Below, piece after piece: positions 9,803 through 18,007 of a stretch of 64,000 nucleotides of DNA. The notes beneath the pieces are model-generated. The model made no database searches and was not told where the DNA came from. It saw only the letters and a program-made list of their open reading frames with translations. A program made the position numbers and the translations under genes. The stretch's first letter is position 1, and each line of letters begins with the position of its first letter. Origin of the DNA: an uncultured Roseivirgaceae bacterium (GTDB taxonomy: Bacteria > Bacteroidota > Bacteroidia > Cytophagales > Cyclobacteriaceae). The stretch spans positions 27,144 through 91,143 of the forward strand of contig CAZIXF010000014.1 in assembly GCA_964543195.1 (NCBI GenBank). Reading direction: 5' to 3'.

Positions 9803-11110
9803 TTAATCCCTTCGCCTGATGGTAGCGGTTTCATTTATCCAGCAGTCTACGGTTATCTTTTCACCCACTTCCATATTATATGTGAAAATAGTTTCCATGG
9901 TGGGGAATTGTTCCCTGGCTTTTCGCATGGCGTCCTGGTTACCGGCTTTACTGTACATCTCATAGGCAGCAAAAAATACCGCCCGGTCTTTTACCTCGTT
10001 TTGCCCTTGTTTGCATTCCTGATAACTTGTAAAATAAAGATTACCGATAAAATTATAGGCTTCTTTTTTACCTGGATCGGCCTCCAGTGCCTTGTAGGCC
10101 ATTTGCCTGGCTTTTACCTTATTGGCCAGTGTATTGTAAATATTGGCCTGATTGAGGTATAGTTCAGCCTGCTTGATATTTTCTTCAGTCAGTTCAATAG
10201 CTGTATTATAGAATTCAAGGGCTGTTTCATAATCTTTGTTCAGATAGGAACGGTCGGCTATCAGTTTGGCCATTCCATAATTGGGTTCCTTATCGAAAAT
10301 TATTCTTACCGCTTCCAGGAAAATAGGTTCATCCAGGCATTTTCCTGCAAAGGCCAGTTTAAATATGTTTTTGGCAAGATCCAGATCATCCGGATTCGCC
10401 TTAAGTTTCGATCCCAGGTTATTCTGAATGAAGTTGCAGTCCACCTTAATGGTGGCTGCAAGTAATTTATCGATATTGTCGCTGATCTTACTCAGTCTTT
10501 CATTGTTTTTACCCAGGTTTTTTTTAGTGGTAATTACACCAATGATCTGATCGTATACACTCAATACCTGATCATCACTGATGTCTCCGCCAGTCAGTTT
10601 ATACCGGCGAACTATATCCATATAGGCCAGCAGGTTCTGATCCCACACGTTTTCTTCATTCAACTCAAATGTTTTCTTAAACATTTGATAAAGATCACCA
10701 TATCGATCCTGATCACCCTTGAAGAATCCATATGCCGTGTACGCTTTACGGTTCATGACGGCAGCCTCTTCATTAAAGTATTTGATTCTGAGGTCATACA
10801 TCATCAGCGTGGAATCTTGATAGATCCTCTTCAGTTCCGGGTCCTTGGCTGTTTCAGCCAGGCTTTCATATATTTTTGCGCCGTTAATGTAAATCGATTC
10901 GTTAAGGTCAGGTACATTGGTAAGTAACCACTGCAGGTGCGGAGTCGATCTTTCGTATTGTCCCAGTTTGAACATGTCGGAATACAATACAATTTTTTCA
11001 TTTGTCTTAATGCTGTCGCTTTCGTTGTCCGGAAAATTCCAACCTTGCTGCGCAAACGAACTTACCATTCCGCTTATTAAGAAACCTAATGTCAGAATTT
11101 TAAATTTCAT
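9803..11110 (-). CDS. tetratricopeptide-repeat protein, secreted
   Basis: 435 aa with signal peptide 'SSFAQ' and TPR-like helical repeats (e.g. 'YETALEFYNTAIEL', 'AYKALEADPGKKEAY'). Confidence 0.7.
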   Translation of the reverse strand: MKFKILTLGFLISGMVSSFAQQGWNFPDNESDSIKTNEKIVLYSDMFKLGQYERSTPHLQWLLTNVPDLNESIYINGAKIYESLAETAKDPELKRIYQDSTLMMYDLRIKYFNEEAAVMNRKAYTAYGFFKGDQDRYGDLYQMFKKTFELNEENVWDQNLLAYMDIVRRYKLTGGDISDDQVLSVYDQIIGVITTKKNLGKNNERLSKISDNIDKLLAATIKVDCNFIQNNLGSKLKANPDDLDLAKNIFKLAFAGKCLDEPIFLEAVRIIFDKEPNYGMAKLIADRSYLNKDYETALEFYNTAIELTEENIKQAELYLNQANIYNTLANKVKARQMAYKALEADPGKKEAYNFIGNLYFTSYQECKQGQNEVKDRAVFFAAYEMYSKAGNQDAMRKAREQFPTMETIFTYNMEVGEKITVDCWINETATIRRRD

Positions 11111-11121
11111 GATAATCCAAA

Positions 11122-12405
11122 TTATTCAATTTTTCTTCTATAAAACCATATGTCATTTATTGTCAATCCAAGTGACACTCTGAAATATTTTTCAGTAATT
11201 GCCAGTTCTCCTTCTCTCGACCTTTGCCCATACTGTAAACTGATGGAGACAAGAGAGGGCGAATTTATATTAATAACGGGCAAAGATACACCAAAATTTA
11301 TACCAAAATCATATATCTGGTTATTATTTAGCTCGTAAGGTGTTAATTCATAGGACATTCCGGCCCTGTAAATAATTCTTCTGAAGTAGCTGGAAACGGA
11401 TGTCGCTTCCGGGATATGTTCAATGCCAAAGGCCGTTCTGTAACTTTTTGCCAGATTTTTATTCTGATCATCGAAGCTTGAATACCGGTTCCAGTCCTGC
11501 ACGATGGCGTCTGCCGAAATCAGCCATTTTGTGCCCCTGGCATAGGAGATACCCACGCCGTATTTTGCCGGGAGTTGGATGTTCCCTTTCACATCATTAA
11601 AAACAGTATCCGTGGTTATGGCCAGGTCACCTCCCTTTTGACGGCGTTCCAGTCTTTTTTCCCGGGTTGCCCCGATTTGGGAAGGAAGTTCATAAATCCC
11701 ACCCAGGAAAAGCTGTGACTCTTCTCCCAGCCGAAGATTATAAGCAAGCCCGAAACTGACATTAAAATCATTGACCTTTGTTCTTTCAAACAATGCCGTA
11801 GCATAGGAAGTAGTCGTATCGATTTCAAATATGGTTTCATCGACTCTCGATCCGAACAGATAGGATACTTTCACTCCAAGGGCGAGTGATCTGAAAAGAT
11901 TAATGCCGTTAGACCAGAATACGGAGTTGTATCCGCCATTTCCTTTTAAATTGAGAGTGGCCTCTTCTTCAATACCATTGATCCGCTCATTAGTGATTAT
12001 GTTATAATTGACATAACTATAAGGGGCAAGTCCGATCCCGCTGGATATCAGGGATTGGCGGATGGGAAAGGCAAGCGCAAGATAATTCAGGTTCCCGGCT
12101 CCGTTGAACTGCCTCGCCGTATCCTGGGAAATGGTTCTCCTCTCGCCCGTAAAGCCTACTTCGAAGGAGGTAAAGTAACTCCGTATGCCCAACATGGCAG
12201 GATTGATAAAATTAAAATTCTTGTTACTGGGATAAGCTATAGTACTGCCCCCCATACCCATATTCGAAACAAGCTGTGGATGCACCACATCACCCAGTCC
12301 AATGAACGTATAAGGAGACTGGCCTGTTTGTGCTGAAGAGACCGAACCGGTAAGCATCAAACAGCCCAAAAGAAAAACCTTAATTCTGCTTCTTGTTGAA
12401 AACAT
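11122..12405 (-). CDS. outer-membrane beta-barrel protein, function unknown
   Basis: 427 aa with signal peptide 'SVSSAQ' and alternating beta-strand periodicity throughout. I recognise no family confidently. Confidence 0.6.
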   Translation of the reverse strand: MFSTRSRIKVFLLGCLMLTGSVSSAQTGQSPYTFIGLGDVVHPQLVSNMGMGGSTIAYPSNKNFNFINPAMLGIRSYFTSFEVGFTGERRTISQDTARQFNGAGNLNYLALAFPIRQSLISSGIGLAPYSYVNYNIITNERINGIEEEATLNLKGNGGYNSVFWSNGINLFRSLALGVKVSYLFGSRVDETIFEIDTTTSYATALFERTKVNDFNVSFGLAYNLRLGEESQLFLGGIYELPSQIGATREKRLERRQKGGDLAITTDTVFNDVKGNIQLPAKYGVGISYARGTKWLISADAIVQDWNRYSSFDDQNKNLAKSYRTAFGIEHIPEATSVSSYFRRIIYRAGMSYELTPYELNNNQIYDFGINFGVSLPVININSPSLVSISLQYGQRSREGELAITEKYFRVSLGLTINDIWFYRRKIE

Positions 12406-13099
12406 ATATATAATAAACCCCTAGTAAAACCAGATTGGGGACTGCAAAGATGGAATCTTTTATTTTACTTTCAAAAAATTTAGCCGTCCCACCCGACAAA
12501 ATCACCCTTAAATTCTTATTTACCAATGAATAACGATTAATTATTCCCGATATTTCCTCAATAGTTCCGTTAATCACCCCGCTTTTAATTGAATCCTCCG
12601 TGGTAGAACCGGTCAATTCGGGATGACCGTCAAACTCAACCCGGGGAAGGTGGGCCGTAAATTGATGAAGTGCCTTGAAACGCATATCGATCCCCGGAGA
12701 AATGCCGCCACCGTGATAAATACCTGATGCATCGATAAAATCATAGGTTATACATGTACCTGCATCGATGACCAGGGAATTATGACCCGGGTTCAGCTTC
12801 CGGGCACCAGCCGTCAATGCGATCCTGTCGATGCCCAGCGTCCGGGGTGTTTTATACGCCAGGGTAAACGGAAGAGGGGTTTCGTGCGTGATCAGAAAGG
12901 AGCTAAAAGGAAAAAGATCCTTTTTGATCGTGTCCGGTGGGAAATTAACCGAACTGATGATCACCTGACGGGGTTTTAATGACCGCACTTCATTTATGAG
13001 ATCCGTGTAAGCCTGTTTCTCGGAAATTTTAACTAATTTACCTTTTTGAAACAGGCCGATTTTCGTACTCGTGTTTCCTGAATCTATGGCAACTATCAT
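12380..13099 (-). CDS. coaX: type III pantothenate kinase
   Basis: 'IVAIDSGNTSTKIGLF', 'GIDRI' and 'VIDAGTCITYD' are CoaX motifs. I use the ATG at 13099 because the track start at 13126 is a TTG. Confidence 0.9.
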   Translation of the reverse strand: MIVAIDSGNTSTKIGLFQKGKLVKISEKQAYTDLINEVRSLKPRQVIISSVNFPPDTIKKDLFPFSSFLITHETPLPFTLAYKTPRTLGIDRIALTAGARKLNPGHNSLVIDAGTCITYDFIDASGIYHGGGISPGIDMRFKALHQFTAHLPRVEFDGHPELTGSTTEDSIKSGVINGTIEEISGIINRYSLVNKNLRVILSGGTAKFFESKIKDSIFAVPNLVLLGVYYIYVFNKKQN

Positions 13100-13262
13100 A
13101 GGTTGACGATCTTTTACATAATACAAATATTGACAATTTTAACCTGTTGTGTGAATTAGATAATTAAAAACTACTAAGCAACTAACTGAAAACAATTGAA
13201 TATCAGGTAGTTATATATTTCTGATGTTCGGTCCCAGACCGCGTTAACTTAGTGGTCCCATA

Positions 13263-13330
13263 GTGATTTGGTGATTTGGTGATTTGGCGATTTGATGATT
13301 TGATGATTTGATGATTTGGTGATTTGATGG
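13263..13330. repeat. 8-nt tandem repeat array, (G/A)(T/C)GATTTG x8
   Basis: The read is gtgatttg x3, gcgatttg, atgatttg x3, gtgatttg, then atgg, in the divergent coaX/anmK intergenic region. Confidence 0.9.
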
Positions 13331-13514
13331 CCAAAAGTACTTTGGTTCTCCGTTACTTAGTAACCTTCGTGGCTAAAATATAATGATTAAATGCCACAAA
13401 GTCTCGAAAATACCAGGATACACCGGGAAAGAAAATGATAAATAATTAATAATCAGCATGTTAAAAGATAATGAGACGTATGATAATTTACACAACGAGT
13501 AATTTTATTTTTAA

Positions 13515-14600
13515 ATGGGCAGAAATACAGTAATAGGAATTATGTCAGGCACCTCTGTGGATGGCCTTGACATGGTGGCCGTGGAATTTACCAAACCGGG
13601 TGATCAATGGAAATATGACATGGTCAAAAGCCAATCGTACGATTATCCGGAAACCTTGCGCAAAAAACTTATCGATTGTATAGGTTTTTCAGGCAGGGAC
13701 CTGATCATGCTGGATCATGAACTGGGATTGTTTATCGCGGATAGGGTAAATGATTTCTGCAGGAATGAAAAGTTTTCAGCTTCACTGATATCTTCCCATG
13801 GTCATACTGTATTCCATCAACCGGAAAAAGGGGTCACTACACAGATAGGAGACGGGGAGGTGATCAGTTTGCACACCGGCATCACCACCCTAAGTGATTT
13901 CAGAAAAAAAGATGTACTGAAAGGAGGGCAGGGAGCTCCATTGGTTCCTGTTGGAGATAAATTATTGTTTCATGATTATGAATTCTGCCTTAATATTGGC
14001 GGTTTTTCCAATATTTCCTTTGATAACAGGGGGGGACAACGGATTGCATTCGACATATGTGCAGCCAATATAGTGCTGAATCATCTGGCCCGCAAAGCGG
14101 GAGTGCCATTTGATGATAAGGGCATGATCGCCCGTAAGGGGAAACTCATTCCCGGGCTGTTGAAAAAACTGGATCAGCTGGATTATTATGACATGTCCCG
14201 GCCAAAATCACTGGGTCTTGAATGGGTGCAGGAAAATATCTTTCCACTCCTGGATGAATTTTCAGGATCTATTCCGGATCTGCTCAGAACCTGTACGGTC
14301 CATACTGCCGGACAGATCAACAGGGCCATTGAAAAAGAAGTGAAAGCCAGGCAATCTGAGAAAAAACCCGCCGTACTGGTTACAGGCGGAGGGGCTTATA
14401 ACGACCTCCTGATCGAACTTCTTCAGCAGGCACCGGGTCAATATCATATCCGGCTTCCCGATAAAACATTGATCGACTATAAGGAAGCCCTGGTTTTCGC
14501 CTTCATGGGATTTTTGAGATCAAAAGGAATGGTCAACATATGGAGCTCGGTTACGGGTGCCCGGGATGATTCGTCGGCAGGTGTGATCCATGAACCCTGA
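13515..14600 (+). CDS. anmK: anhydro-N-acetylmuramic acid kinase
   Basis: 361 aa. 'GIMSGTSVDGLD' at the N-terminus and 'VTGGGAYN' are AnmK hallmarks. Confidence 0.9.
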   Translation: MGRNTVIGIMSGTSVDGLDMVAVEFTKPGDQWKYDMVKSQSYDYPETLRKKLIDCIGFSGRDLIMLDHELGLFIADRVNDFCRNEKFSASLISSHGHTVFHQPEKGVTTQIGDGEVISLHTGITTLSDFRKKDVLKGGQGAPLVPVGDKLLFHDYEFCLNIGGFSNISFDNRGGQRIAFDICAANIVLNHLARKAGVPFDDKGMIARKGKLIPGLLKKLDQLDYYDMSRPKSLGLEWVQENIFPLLDEFSGSIPDLLRTCTVHTAGQINRAIEKEVKARQSEKKPAVLVTGGGAYNDLLIELLQQAPGQYHIRLPDKTLIDYKEALVFAFMGFLRSKGMVNIWSSVTGARDDSSAGVIHEP

Positions 14601-14691
14601 GCCGGCCCGTGTGTTCCGTAATTACCGGGAACGTGCGCAAAACCCATTGTATGCTTTAGACAGTGAAGAATTTCCAATCCTGGGGGGCATT

Positions 14692-14766
14692 GTGATTTGG
14701 TGATTTGGTGATGGGGTGATGGGGTGATGGGGAGTTGTGGAGGTGTGGAGGTGTGGAGGTGTGGAG
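14692..14766. repeat. 8-nt-period tandem repeat mosaic (GTGATTTG x2, GTGATGGG x3, GAGTTGTG, GAGGTGTG x3)
   Basis: Direct reading shows the phase is kept over 9 units. It is G-rich on the + strand. Confidence 0.9.
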
Positions 14767-14819
14767 AAATGCAATTAGTTCTGAGTGGCCTGACGAAGGA
14801 AGGCAGTATCGACGGTCTT

Positions 14820-14889
14820 GAGGATGGAGGATGGAGGATGGAAGATTGAGGATGGAGGATGGAGGATGGAAGGTGAAAGGTGAAAGGTA
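14820..14889. repeat. 7-nt-period tandem repeat mosaic (GAGGATG x3, GAAGATT, GAGGATG x3, GAAGGTG, AAAGGTG, AAAGGTA)
   Basis: Direct reading gives 10 units in phase. Confidence 0.9.
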
Positions 14890-14931
14890 GGACCGGAGAC
14901 GGGGTGTAGGGTGTGAGGTAACCGCTAATTC

Positions 14932-15027
14932 CTAACAGCCTAACAGCTAACAGCTACACCCTACACCCTACACCCTAAACCCTAAACCAATGAACCCCTG
15001 AACCCCTGAACCACCAACCCCCTGAAC
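14932..15027. repeat. 7-8-nt tandem repeat mosaic, C-rich on + strand (CTAACAG x3, CTACACC x3, CTAAACC x2, TGAACCCC x2 ...)
   Basis: Direct reading. The array ends 3 nt before the yraN stop codon. Confidence 0.9.
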
Positions 15028-15029
15028 TT

Positions 15030-15380
15030 TCAAAAAAAAGCGTCCCTAATATGATTGATACTGACCTCCGGATAAAGCATGATAGAGAGTATATCAAACC
15101 GGATCGGCCCGTTCCATCCGGTATGCTGAATATAATGGTTCGCGCATCGTAATATGTGGTCTATTTTTTTATTATCCACAGCCTCCTCGGGCATGCCAAA
15201 GCGGGAACCCTGCCGCGTTTTCACCTCGAAAAAAACCAGGATGCCTTCTTTTTCAGTGATAATATCTATTTCCTTTCTCCTGAACGTATAGTTTGTTTTA
15301 CGTATCCTGTAGCCGGCCTGCTTCAAATAATTGACAGCAATAACCTCTCCCTTTATTCCTATTTCCTTATTTTTGCCCAA
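15030..15380 (-). CDS. YraN family (UPF0102) endonuclease-like protein
   Basis: 116 aa. 'G...A..YL...GY.I...N......EIDII......LVF.EVK.R' is the YraN pattern. Confidence 0.85.
   Translation of the reverse strand: MGKNKEIGIKGEVIAVNYLKQAGYRIRKTNYTFRRKEIDIITEKEGILVFFEVKTRQGSRFGMPEEAVDNKKIDHILRCANHYIQHTGWNGPIRFDILSIMLYPEVSINHIRDAFF
15368..15375 (+). promoter_or_regulatory. Bacteroidota -7 box TATTTTTG
   Basis: A perfect TAnnTTTG match 29 nt upstream of the manA ATG (15404). Confidence 0.4.
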
Positions 15381-15403
15381 ATATTTAATTTTCCTGAAAT
15401 ATA

Positions 15404-16381
15404 ATGTTATATCCTTTAAAATTTCAACCGATTTATAAAGATAAAATATGGGGTGGGCATAAAATCCGGACTGTCCTCAACAAGGATTACTCGCCTTTGT
15501 CCAAATGTGGTGAATCATGGGAACTTTCAGGAGTAGAGGACAACCTTTCCATAGTCAGGGACGGTAGTCTGGCCGGGAAAAATTTGAAAGAACTTATTCA
15601 GCTGTTCAAGGGTGACCTGGCGGGACACCGGGTTTACAGAAAGTATAAAGACCGCTTTCCTCTGTTGATCAAGTTTATCGATGCCAACGACGATCTGTCG
15701 ATACAGGTACATCCTGACGACACGTTAGCCCGGGAAAGGCATGGCAGTTATGGTAAAACGGAAATGTGGTACATTATCCAGTCTGATAAGGATGCAGAAA
15801 TCATTACCGGATTTAACCGGGAGACGGATAAAGAAACTTACCTGGATTATTTTAAAAAGGGAAAATTAACGGAAATTCTCAATACCGAAAAGGTGAAGGC
15901 CGGCGATGTGGTATTCATGCCGGCAGGAAGGGTTCATTCGATAGGGAAAGGGATTTTGCTGGCCGAAATACAGCAAACCTCGAATATTACTTACCGCATA
16001 TATGATTTTGACCGGGTCAACGAAAAAGGGAAGCCTCGTGAATTGCATGTGAATGAGGCCCTGGATGCCATTGATTACTCTTATTATCCCGAATACAAGA
16101 TAAGGTATAAAAACCAAAAGAACCATCCCGTAAAAATAGTTTCCTGTGATTATTTCACCACATCAAAGCTATGGTTTGACAAACCGCTTGGAAGGAATTA
16201 CCGAACACTCGACTCCTTTGTTTCGTTAATATGTCTGGAAGGATCGGGCAGTATGACTTATGAAAATGGAATGATCGAAATAAAACAGGGCGAGGTGATA
16301 GTGATACCTGCTATAATCGATCAGGCCGACCTGATCCCTGATGGAGAAATGAAAATTCTGGAAACTCACATAACCCTTTGA
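15404..16381 (+). CDS. manA: type I phosphomannose isomerase
   Basis: 325 aa with 'GESWE', 'LSIQVHPDD', 'KTEMWYI' and 'VHSIG' cupin/metal-site motifs. Confidence 0.85.
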   Translation: MLYPLKFQPIYKDKIWGGHKIRTVLNKDYSPLSKCGESWELSGVEDNLSIVRDGSLAGKNLKELIQLFKGDLAGHRVYRKYKDRFPLLIKFIDANDDLSIQVHPDDTLARERHGSYGKTEMWYIIQSDKDAEIITGFNRETDKETYLDYFKKGKLTEILNTEKVKAGDVVFMPAGRVHSIGKGILLAEIQQTSNITYRIYDFDRVNEKGKPRELHVNEALDAIDYSYYPEYKIRYKNQKNHPVKIVSCDYFTTSKLWFDKPLGRNYRTLDSFVSLICLEGSGSMTYENGMIEIKQGEVIVIPAIIDQADLIPDGEMKILETHITL

Positions 16382-17121
16382 ATCCATTGGACAGAGATCT
16401 CAATAAGACCGTAAATTTTCAGCACCTTGGACTCATCGATTACAAAAAAGCATGGGATTACCAGGAGAAGCTTTTTGCTGAAATTTCGGGGATCAAGCTG
16501 GATAACCGGAAGAGGCCTGAGGACTCGCAGATATCTACACCGAATTATCTTCTGTTCTGTCAGCATCCGCATGTGTATACATTAGGAAAAAGCGGGGATG
16601 AGAAGAACCTCCTGATAAAGGGTCTTGAATTAAAGAAAAGAAAAGCCACTTTCTACCATATTAACAGGGGAGGCGATATAACCTATCACGGTCCCGGACA
16701 AATTGTGGGTTATCCCATCTTCGATCTCGAAAATTTCTTTACGGATATTCACCGTTTCCTGAGGCTGCTGGAAGAGGCCATCATCCTTACATTAAGGGAG
16801 TATGATATCGATGCCGGCAGGATAGAAGGATTGACCGGTGTATGGCTGGATCATAAAAAAAAGGTCAAGCCGAGAAAGATATGTGCCATTGGCATCAAAC
16901 TGAGCAGGTGGGTTACGATGCATGGATTTGCCTTCAACGTGAATACCGATCTTTCCTATTTCGGTCATATTGTTCCCTGTGGGATATCTGACAAGGCCGT
17001 TACCAGCATTTCACAGGAGCTGAACCGAAAAATCGGGATCCGGGAGGTGGAAATAAAACTCAAAGGACACCTGGTGAGACTTTTTGATATGGATCTGGTG
17101 GATCAGAAGGTAAGCGTTTGA
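16378..17121 (+). CDS. lipB: lipoyl(octanoyl) transferase
   Basis: 247 aa. 'HPHVYTLG', 'RGGDITYHGPGQ' and 'KICAIG' are LipB motifs. The TTG start overlaps the manA stop by 4 nt. Confidence 0.9.
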   Translation: MNPLDRDLNKTVNFQHLGLIDYKKAWDYQEKLFAEISGIKLDNRKRPEDSQISTPNYLLFCQHPHVYTLGKSGDEKNLLIKGLELKKRKATFYHINRGGDITYHGPGQIVGYPIFDLENFFTDIHRFLRLLEEAIILTLREYDIDAGRIEGLTGVWLDHKKKVKPRKICAIGIKLSRWVTMHGFAFNVNTDLSYFGHIVPCGISDKAVTSISQELNRKIGIREVEIKLKGHLVRLFDMDLVDQKVSV

Positions 17122-17125
17122 TCAC

Positions 17126-17956
17126 CTATTTTTCATAGGTCACTTCACCCCGTTTGTTCCATTCCCTGACGATATACGGTGTAAATTCTTCATTATAAGG
17201 ATCTTCCCTGTACTGGATCTGTTTTTTTGCCCTTCTCCTCACATCGTAATATTCAGTCCACTTACCCACTTTTTCACCGAATTTATATTGCCCTTTCACC
17301 GCTATTTCACCGTTTTCATGGAAATAGAAGTAATCTCCTTGTTTTTCGCCATACACTACCGGGACCACTTCTTTCAGCTTTTTCCTGTCGTCATCGTAAT
17401 ATTTAACCAGTGATTCCTTCGGCCAGCCGCGATAATATTTTTTTTTATCGGTCAGTATATCCCGGTTATCATACTTGACCCATCTTCCATGTTTGGTTCC
17501 GATGTAATAGATGCCTTCTTCCAGTATTTGTTCACCTTTCATTTTTTTATACGGGCCATGCAGTATCCTCCCGTATTTTTTATCGATATTCCCGGTACTC
17601 CTGATCCTTTTCCTCCGGAAATCGAACCAGTGAATTTCAGGTACATAAGGATCCGGTTCAACCCATTTTTTCAGATAATGGAAGACCTCGACGGTCACGT
17701 TATCGCCGTATCCGGTTCTCGTAAATCCTTTTTTGGTCTTCAAACCATAAAATACATTTTTCTTTCTTTTTTTCTTCTTGTCTTTTTTACCTTTCGCTTC
17801 CTCCTCTTCTTCCTCAAGATCAAGTGTCAGGGGATGGGACCGCTCGATAATAAATTCAATCTCATCTACCTCATCGCTTTCCTGAGCGAAAGACAGATTC
17901 CCACAGGTTAAAACTGACAAGATTACGAGGCCGGTATGGAATATAAACCTGTTCAT
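17126..17956 (-). CDS. MORN-repeat-variant (YwqK-like) secreted protein with K/E-rich linker
   Basis: Signal peptide, 'EEEEEEAKGKKDKKKKRKKN', then repeated 'G.W..Y' MORN-variant units (e.g. 'HGRWVKYD', 'VGKWTEYY'). Confidence 0.7.
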   Translation of the reverse strand: MNRFIFHTGLVILSVLTCGNLSFAQESDEVDEIEFIIERSHPLTLDLEEEEEEAKGKKDKKKKRKKNVFYGLKTKKGFTRTGYGDNVTVEVFHYLKKWVEPDPYVPEIHWFDFRRKRIRSTGNIDKKYGRILHGPYKKMKGEQILEEGIYYIGTKHGRWVKYDNRDILTDKKKYYRGWPKESLVKYYDDDRKKLKEVVPVVYGEKQGDYFYFHENGEIAVKGQYKFGEKVGKWTEYYDVRRRAKKQIQYREDPYNEEFTPYIVREWNKRGEVTYEK

Positions 17957-18007
17957 CTTTTCCGATAACGATTTATAAAAAATAATATTTTTTTATCCAA
18001 AGATTAT

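Noticed and set aside
14976-14989. CCCTAAACCCTAAACC resembles the plant-type telomere repeat (TTTAGGG)n
   Set aside because: There are only two units, embedded in a continuum of drifting 7-mers in a bacterial chromosome context. I treat it as a coincidental member of the repeat series, not a telomere.
14692-15027. Possible CRISPR array or minisatellite-encoded peptide repeats
   Set aside because: The units are only 7-8 nt, lie head-to-tail and have no unique spacers. No cas genes are in the window. The 7- and 8-nt periods are not multiples of three, and no ORF of 60 aa or more spans the region.
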